A stretch of DNA of 64,000 nucleotides, taken from contig JAZDOC010000019.1 of NCBI GenBank assembly GCA_043798935.1, positions 74,322 to 138,321 of the forward strand, read 5' to 3'. A model generated the notes under the pieces. That model made no database searches, was not told the DNA's origin, and saw only the letters and a program-made list of their open reading frames with translations. Positions 58,522-64,000 of the stretch are shown piece by piece (the stretch's first letter is position 1; the number at the start of each line of letters is the position of its first letter). Made by a program: the position numbers and the translations under genes. This DNA comes from Patescibacteria group bacterium (lineage in GTDB: Bacteria; Patescibacteriota; Patescibacteriia; UBA9570; JAHJKD01).

Positions 58522-58872
58522 TTATAATATTTCAATTTGAGTTAATGATGCACCGTCACCTTTGCGCACACCAAGTTTAGTTAAGCGAGTATAACCGCCC
58601 TGTCGATCTTTAAATTGGGGTGCAATTTTAGAAACTAACTCACGCACGGCTTTTTCATAGCCCAAATCTTTCATTAGTTCACGTTCGCTTGCTAGGGTGC
58701 CTTTTTTAGCTTTAGTAATCATTTTTTCAACTACTTGGCGTAATACTTTTGCTTTAGCCTCGGTAGTTTTGATTTTTTTGGATAATATTAAGCTAATAGC
58801 CTGAGTTTTAATAAGTGCTCGACGTGGGCCTTGCTTTCTGTCTAAAATGACTGTTTTTTTTCTGTGTCTCAT
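58522..58872 (-). CDS. rplQ: 50S ribosomal protein L17
   Basis: 116 aa with MRHRKK...LDRKQGPRRALIK... typical of L17. Follows rpoA. Confidence 0.9.
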   Translation of the reverse strand: MRHRKKTVILDRKQGPRRALIKTQAISLILSKKIKTTEAKAKVLRQVVEKMITKAKKGTLASERELMKDLGYEKAVRELVSKIAPQFKDRQGGYTRLTKLGVRKGDGASLTQIEIL

Positions 58873-58875
58873 ATT

Positions 58876-59595
58876 TTATTTTTTACCTTTACTTTCTTTT
58901 TCTTCACTGACAGTGAATGCATCCCCTACTAAAGAAAAATGATCGACTAAAATTTTAGCTGCTTCACTTACGGCTGCTTGCGGGGTAATTGTACCGTCGG
59001 TTTTTATATCTAAAATTAATTTATCATAGTTTGTCATTTGTTCAACACGGACATGTTCAATATGATAATTAACATTTTTTATCGGAGTATATATAGCATC
59101 AATAGCAATATATCCAACTTCCATTTTTTCTTTTTCACGAGCTTCAACTGGTACATAGCCACGACCTTTTTGAACTGTTATTTTCATTTCTAAGGTAGCA
59201 TCTTTGGCAGTTATGGTTGCTATTTTCTGATCAGTGTTTACAATTTCCACTTGTGAATTTTTAGTGAAATCACCAGCAGTAATTATTTTTGCGCCTTTAA
59301 CTTTTAATTCAATTTCTACTGGTTCATCGCTATAAACTTTGAATCGTAACTGTTTAATATTTAAGATAATCTCGATAACATCTTCTTTTACGCCATTAAT
59401 AGTTGAAAATTCATGATCAACTCCTTTTATTTTAACAGCCGTGGCCGCAGCACCAGGTAAAGATGATAATAAAACTCTTCTTAGTGCATTGCCTAAAGTG
59501 GTACCATAACCAGGGTAACAAGATGAAATGGTAACCTCGCTGTGATTAGTTTCCAGCTCTTTGGACTTAATTTGCGCGGGTAATTTAATTTCCAT
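58876..59595 (-). CDS. rpoA: DNA-directed RNA polymerase alpha subunit, N-terminal domain only (no alpha-CTD)
   Basis: 239 aa that aligns to the alpha-NTD dimerisation/assembly domain (GYGTTLGNALRRVLLSSLPGAA...). It stops 3 nt before rplQ with no linker or CTD. Confidence 0.85.
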   Translation of the reverse strand: MEIKLPAQIKSKELETNHSEVTISSCYPGYGTTLGNALRRVLLSSLPGAAATAVKIKGVDHEFSTINGVKEDVIEIILNIKQLRFKVYSDEPVEIELKVKGAKIITAGDFTKNSQVEIVNTDQKIATITAKDATLEMKITVQKGRGYVPVEAREKEKMEVGYIAIDAIYTPIKNVNYHIEHVRVEQMTNYDKLILDIKTDGTITPQAAVSEAAKILVDHFSLVGDAFTVSEEKESKGKK

Positions 59596-59625
59596 ATTTT
59601 TATAAATTTATCAATATTTATTTTA

Positions 59626-60255
59626 TTATCGAGAATAATACTCAATGATAAGACTCATTGAAATAGTTTTGTGAAGTTCAGCAATATTAGGTTCACCTTT
59701 GATAACAATTTGCAAATTAGTTTTATCGACTTGGATCCATTCCGGAATTTCAACTTTTTCGATCGTTTTTAAAATTTCCTGCCAATGACTCTTTTTAATG
59801 AAGCTTTCTTTAACAGCTACTTTATCACTTTTTTTAATCTGACATGATGGAATATTGCATCGTCGACCATTAACTAAAATATGGCCGTGATTTACTAATT
59901 GACGAGCTAAACGCCTAGAGCTAGCCAGACCGGCGCGATAGACAATAGTATCTAAACGATGTTCCAATAAATTAAAAAAGTTGTCAGCTGTGTTACCGGC
60001 TTTTTTTGTAGCGGTTACATAGTAATTACTAAATTGTTTTTCTAATAATCCGTATAATTTTTTAGCTTTTTGTTTTTCACGCAATTGGATACCGTAACCA
60101 GATAATCTTGGTTTACCTTTACTACCATGCATGCCAGGAACAAAATTTCTTTTAATCATGGCACATTTGGAAGTATTACATCGTTCACCTTTAAGAAATA
60201 ATTTTTCTCCTTCGCGACGACATTGTTTACATTGTGGTGATAAGTTTCTACCCAT
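59626..60255 (-). CDS. rpsD: 30S ribosomal protein S4
   Basis: 209 aa. N-terminal Zn-ribbon-like CKQCRREGEKLFLKGERC and an S4 domain. Confidence 0.95.
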   Translation of the reverse strand: MGRNLSPQCKQCRREGEKLFLKGERCNTSKCAMIKRNFVPGMHGSKGKPRLSGYGIQLREKQKAKKLYGLLEKQFSNYYVTATKKAGNTADNFFNLLEHRLDTIVYRAGLASSRRLARQLVNHGHILVNGRRCNIPSCQIKKSDKVAVKESFIKKSHWQEILKTIEKVEIPEWIQVDKTNLQIVIKGEPNIAELHKTISMSLIIEYYSR

Positions 60256-60284
60256 ATTTGAAAGTTAATAATTGATAATAAAAA

Positions 60285-60692
60285 TTAAACGCGTCGTGGT
60301 TTTTTTGCTCGACAACCGTTATGCGGGATTGGCGTAATATCGTTAATACCGGTAATTGCTAAACCAGAAGCTGTTAATCCGCGCAAAGCACCATCACGAC
60401 CGCTACCAATTCCTTTGACATAAACTTCAACATCTTTTAAACCCATTTCTTTTACTTCTTCGACTAATTTTTTAATAATTGTACCAGCGGCATAAGGCGT
60501 GGCTTTTTTAGGACCTTTAAAACCCATCCGACCGGCACTGTTCTGAGCAATAACTCCGCCATTTTGATCGGTAAAACTAATGATTGTGTTGTTATATGTA
60601 GCTAATACATAAACTCGCCCTTGAGTGACAACCTTTCGTTTTTTCTTTTTCTTTTTAACGATTTTTTTACTTGACTTTGCAACTTCTGCCAT
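60285..60692 (-). CDS. rpsK: 30S ribosomal protein S11
   Basis: 135 aa with full-length S11 similarity. Confidence 0.95.
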   Translation of the reverse strand: MAEVAKSSKKIVKKKKKKRKVVTQGRVYVLATYNNTIISFTDQNGGVIAQNSAGRMGFKGPKKATPYAAGTIIKKLVEEVKEMGLKDVEVYVKGIGSGRDGALRGLTASGLAITGINDITPIPHNGCRAKKPRRV

Positions 60693-60734
60693 ATTTTTTT
60701 AAATTCTAAATTAATATTTGATAAATAAATTCTA

Positions 60735-61127
60735 TTATGTTTTTTGCGCTGAAACTTTTCGACCTGAACCCATAGTAACTCTTTTATTACCACGGACAGT
60801 TCGATTATTTGTTTTTGTGCGTTGGCCACGAACTGGTAAACTTTTACTATGGCGCGAACCACGGTAGCAACCAATCTCTTTTAAACGTTTAATATTGGCT
60901 AGAACTTCTCTTTTTAATTCACCTTCAATTTTCATGTTTTTCTCGATTGATTGACGAAGTAAATTAACTTCTTCAGCTGAAAGATCTTTGGTTCGAGTAT
61001 CGGATTTGATTTTAGTTTGCTTTAATATTTTTTTTGCGGTTGTGGCGCCAATACCATAAATGTAGGTTAAGGCCACTTCTATTCTTTTTTCATTCGGTAA
61101 AGTTACACCGGCTATTCTTGCTGCCAT
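60735..61127 (-). CDS. rpsM: 30S ribosomal protein S13
   Basis: 130 aa starting [11 protein letters not shown]. Confidence 0.95.
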   Translation of the reverse strand: MAARIAGVTLPNEKRIEVALTYIYGIGATTAKKILKQTKIKSDTRTKDLSAEEVNLLRQSIEKNMKIEGELKREVLANIKRLKEIGCYRGSRHSKSLPVRGQRTKTNNRTVRGNKRVTMGSGRKVSAQKT

Positions 61128-61213
61128 ATTTATTTAATTTTCAATTTTTAATTTTAGTTGAATTATAATTTAAAACTATGTTAAACAATATATTTAACAT
61201 TTATTTAATTGGG

Positions 61214-61327
61214 TTATCCCTGTCTTTGCTTGTGACGAGGATTTTTACAAATTACTACCACTCGACCTTTGCGACGAGTAGTATGGCAATCTTTACAAAT
61301 TTTTTTGGCTGATGCTTTTACTTTCAT
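61214..61327 (-). CDS. rpmJ: 50S ribosomal protein L36
   Basis: Not in the ORF track. Manual translation gives [37 protein letters not shown] (37 aa, C-x2-C...C...H zinc ribbon) between rpsM and infA. Confidence 0.85.
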   Translation of the reverse strand: MKVKASAKKICKDCHTTRRKGRVVVICKNPRHKQRQG

Positions 61328-61330
61328 AAG

Positions 61331-61561
61331 TTATTTTCGATAAATAATTCTTCCTTTGGTTAAATCGTAAGGGCTCATTTCTATAATTACTTTATCTCCG
61401 GCTAATATACGGATTCTGTGCATTCGCATGCGCCCGGATAAATGCGCTAAAATTTCTTGTTTATTTTCTAAGGTTACCTTAAAACAAGCATTAGGTAATA
61501 GTTCATCAACTACTCCTTCAATTTCAATAAACCCTTTTTTATTAGTTTTGATTTCAGACAT
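61331..61561 (-). CDS. infA: translation initiation factor IF-1
   Basis: 76 aa with an S1-like OB fold ([43 protein letters not shown]). Confidence 0.95.
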   Translation of the reverse strand: MSEIKTNKKGFIEIEGVVDELLPNACFKVTLENKQEILAHLSGRMRMHRIRILAGDKVIIEMSPYDLTKGRIIYRK

Positions 61562-61661
61562 TAAAAAATGGATTCTATGCTTAATTAACGCTAGAATCTT
61601 AATTTTCTTTATATTATTTTCAAATTCCAGCCAAATTCGTGTATTTCTAGCAACGCAAATT

Positions 61662-61689
61662 ATTATAACAGATTTTTATATACAGTCAA
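61662..61689 (-). promoter_or_regulatory. near-consensus sigma70 promoter of the alpha ribosomal operon (TTGACT-N16-TATAAT)
   Basis: On the - strand, TTGACT (61689-61684), a 16-nt spacer, then TATAAT (61667-61662). Predicted leader of ~95 nt to the infA ATG. Confidence 0.5.
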
Positions 61690-61723
61690 ATATAATTTGT
61701 GTTTGCTTGTGGATAAATAATGA

Positions 61724-63484
61724 TTATTCTAATACAGCTTTTATTCTTCGCACTCCAGATGATGAAGATTCTTCTTTTTTAATAACAAAATGTCCTAATT
61801 CACTTGTGTTTAATACATGTGGCCCACCACAAATTTCTTTAGAAAAATTACCAACTTCATAAACTTTAACCCGATTTCCATATTTGCTAGTAAATAAACC
61901 AATTGCACCATGTGATTTAGCGTTATCGACGCTCATTTCCTTACAATTAATGGATAAATTTCTATTAATTGTTTCATTTACTAAATCTTCGACTTGTTTA
62001 ATTTGTTCGGGCGTTAATTTACTCGGATGAGTAAAATCGAACCTCAAGCGCTGATCATTAATATTGCTACCTTTTTGCTGAACATGATCTCCGAGTATGC
62101 GTCGTAATGATGAATGTAGAATATGAGTGGTGGTATGATATTTTTTACTCATTTCGCTGGCATCGGCTAAACCACCGGCAAATTTGCCCTTACTGGCTTC
62201 TTGTGATTTTTTTTGATGATCATTTAATCTTTCGCAGAATCCGCTTTCATCGACTTTTAAATCTTGTTTTAAGGCTTCTTCTTTAGTCATTTCAATGGGA
62301 AAACCGTATGATTGATATAAATCAAAAGCCGCTTTACACGAAAAAATTCCATTTCTAACCTCTGTTTGCAAATATTCATTAAATTTTCTTAAACCATTAT
62401 TTAAGGTTTTTCTGAACTTTTCTTCTTCTTGGGTTAATTCCATAACAATTTCCGATCTCTTTAAATCTAATTCTTCATAAACATCTTTATATTCATCAAT
62501 AATTACTTTTGCAACGTCACCACAAAAATCATTTTCAATGCCAAGTTTTTTACCTTCTCTTATGGCCCGGCGAATTAAGCGCCTTAATATATAGCCCTGA
62601 TCCATGTTTGAGGGCGATATACCATCCATCATTATAAATGTGGCGGCTCGTAGATGATCGGCGATGATTTCCATGGAAGTATCATTTTGAGCTTGCGCCA
62701 GCTCTTTAATTTTATTCATGATGGGTAAAAACAAATCTGTTTCATAAGCTTCTTGCTTGCCGTTCATGACTGCCGTAATTCGCTCTAACCCCATACCGGT
62801 ATCAACATTTTTTTGATCTAATTTAGTAAAAGCACCATCTACCTGTTTATTAAATTCCATAAACACATTATTCCAAATTTCAACATATTTACCACATCCA
62901 CAAGACGGATTACACTCGGGGCCGCAAGCTAATAAACCAGTATCATAAAAAATTTCCGTATCTGGTCCGCAGGGTCCGGTTTTTCCAGCTGGTCCCCACC
63001 AATTTTCTTTTTTTCCAAAATAATAAATCCTCTCTTCAGGGATTCCCATGATATCGCGCCAAATATGATATGTCTCTTCGTCTTTTAAAACAGTCTCATC
63101 GCCGACAAAAACTGTGACGCTAATTTTATCTTTTTCCAGTGCTAACCATTTACTATCGGTTAAAAATTCCCAACTCCAAGTAATGGATTCTTTTTTAAAA
63201 TAATCGCCCAATGACCAATTTCCCAGCATTTCAAAAAAAGTTAAATGCCACCTATCGCCAACATCATCAATATCGCCAGTACGAATGCATTTTTGACAAC
63301 TTGTTAAACGTTTTCCGTCTGGGTGTGACTCGCCCATTAAAAATGGAACTAATGGGTGCATGCCAGCCGTGGTAAATAAAACCGTGGGATCATTTTCCGG
63401 AATCAATGAAGCTGAAGGGATAATGGCGTGCCCCTTAGATTTAAAAAATTCTAAATATTTTTTTCTGATTTCTTTTGATGTCAT
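61724..63484 (-). CDS. alaS: alanyl-tRNA synthetase, compact form lacking the C-Ala domain
   Basis: N-terminal class II core (IRKKYLEFFKSKGHAIIPSASLIPENDPTVLFTTAGM...). Editing-domain HxxxH (HTTTHILH) and CxxxH (CGGPHV) are present. Ends ...GVRRIKAVLE. Start moved to MTSKEIRKKY. Confidence 0.85.
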   Translation of the reverse strand: MTSKEIRKKYLEFFKSKGHAIIPSASLIPENDPTVLFTTAGMHPLVPFLMGESHPDGKRLTSCQKCIRTGDIDDVGDRWHLTFFEMLGNWSLGDYFKKESITWSWEFLTDSKWLALEKDKISVTVFVGDETVLKDEETYHIWRDIMGIPEERIYYFGKKENWWGPAGKTGPCGPDTEIFYDTGLLACGPECNPSCGCGKYVEIWNNVFMEFNKQVDGAFTKLDQKNVDTGMGLERITAVMNGKQEAYETDLFLPIMNKIKELAQAQNDTSMEIIADHLRAATFIMMDGISPSNMDQGYILRRLIRRAIREGKKLGIENDFCGDVAKVIIDEYKDVYEELDLKRSEIVMELTQEEEKFRKTLNNGLRKFNEYLQTEVRNGIFSCKAAFDLYQSYGFPIEMTKEEALKQDLKVDESGFCERLNDHQKKSQEASKGKFAGGLADASEMSKKYHTTTHILHSSLRRILGDHVQQKGSNINDQRLRFDFTHPSKLTPEQIKQVEDLVNETINRNLSINCKEMSVDNAKSHGAIGLFTSKYGNRVKVYEVGNFSKEICGGPHVLNTSELGHFVIKKEESSSSGVRRIKAVLE

Positions 63485-63535
63485 AAATATTTTTATTTCC
63501 CCCAATTCATTGGGGGTCAAAAAATTAATTATATT

Positions 63536-64000
63536 TTAGACTTTGATTCTATTCAACATTTGAAATTTCTTGCTTATTATCCCCCCGCCTAATAATTCTC
63601 GTCTTTTATAAAATACAATTGACTGTCCTGGAGTAACTGCTCGTTGTGGTTTAGAGAATTTAACTTTGTTATTTTCAATAATTACGTTTTGATCTTTTTG
63701 ACCGTACCTGCATTTTGCTTTACATTTTAATGGAAAATTAGATTCGTGTCCAGATATCCAATTAATCTTTTTAATCACTATTTCCTGAGAATGTAATACT
63801 TTGTCGTCTTTAATGTTTGTGACAAATAAAATATTTTTATTATGGTCTTTTTTGCAAACATAATATGGACCCTTTCCACCAACGCCGATTCCACTTCTTT
63901 GGCCATATGTATAAACTGCTAATCCCTGATGCTTGCCTAATATTTTCTGGTTATTAATGTCAATAATATTTCCTGGTTTGAAAGTATTATGCGTAATATA
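63536..64000 (-). CDS. mnmA: tRNA-specific 2-thiouridylase MnmA (C-terminal 155 aa; N-terminus beyond window)
   Basis: The frame is open from the window edge. C-terminal MnmA blocks (YTYGQRSGIGVGG...; TPGQSIVFYKRRELLGGGII). Confidence 0.8.
   Translation of the reverse strand, partial: YITHNTFKPGNIIDINNQKILGKHQGLAVYTYGQRSGIGVGGKGPYYVCKKDHNKNILFVTNIKDDKVLHSQEIVIKKINWISGHESNFPLKCKAKCRYGQKDQNVIIENNKVKFSKPQRAVTPGQSIVFYKRRELLGGGIISKKFQMLNRIKV

Noticed and set aside
1-64000. Search for rRNA, tRNA, tmRNA and CRISPR arrays
   Set aside because: No intergenic region longer than ~160 nt. None shows GC-rich cloverleaf-like segments or regularly spaced direct repeats. Nothing supportable was found.

Overview
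This is a gene-dense (~90% coding), AT-rich segment of a bacterial chromosome. Sampled 60-mers give about 30-35% GC. The proteins are K/N/I-rich and few genes have a Shine-Dalgarno sequence. Several compact protein architectures point, by inference, to a small-genome Patescibacteria/CPR-like organism: a 239-aa RpoA with no alpha-CTD, a 598-aa AlaRS with no C-Ala domain, and a short L13. No rRNA genes, tRNA genes or CRISPR arrays were seen.

Housekeeping genes:
- dnaE
- SEDS (FtsW/RodA)
- rplY
- fmt-def
- a PriA-like protein with degenerate ATPase motifs
- gltX
- ddl-alr
- serS
- lysS with a C-terminal HD-domain fusion
- greA
- pbp2-mreD-mreC-mreB
- proS
- rseP
- frr
- holB
- the complete alpha ribosomal operon (infA-rpmJ-rpsM-rpsK-rpsD-rpoA-rplQ-rplM-rpsI)
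- alaS
- the 3' part of mnmA

Accessory or less common content:
1. A three-gene AmmeMemoRadiSam cassette (AMMECR1, Memo-like, radical SAM) is interrupted by a secreted-protein gene that is itself split by a frameshift in an A9 homopolymer.
2. A tandem pair of DUF3048-like paralogs sits directly upstream of a 1009-aa S8 subtilase with three Fn3 domains (the last extremely lysine-rich), followed by corA.
3. An ~11-kb tightly coupled Wzx/Wzy-type glycan operon has three GT2, two GT4, a polymerase/ligase, a flippase, a DUF4012-like protein and a second embedded mreB paralog.
4. An acidic, GC-elevated (~45%) ORF is likely foreign.
5. IscU carries a Cys/Lys-rich tail.

Regulatory signals seen:
- a recurrent extended -10 box TTTGCTAWAAT placed 6-30 nt from start codons, which suggests leaderless mRNAs;
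- a near-consensus TTGACT-N16-TATAAT promoter for the alpha operon;
- two convincing hairpin terminators.
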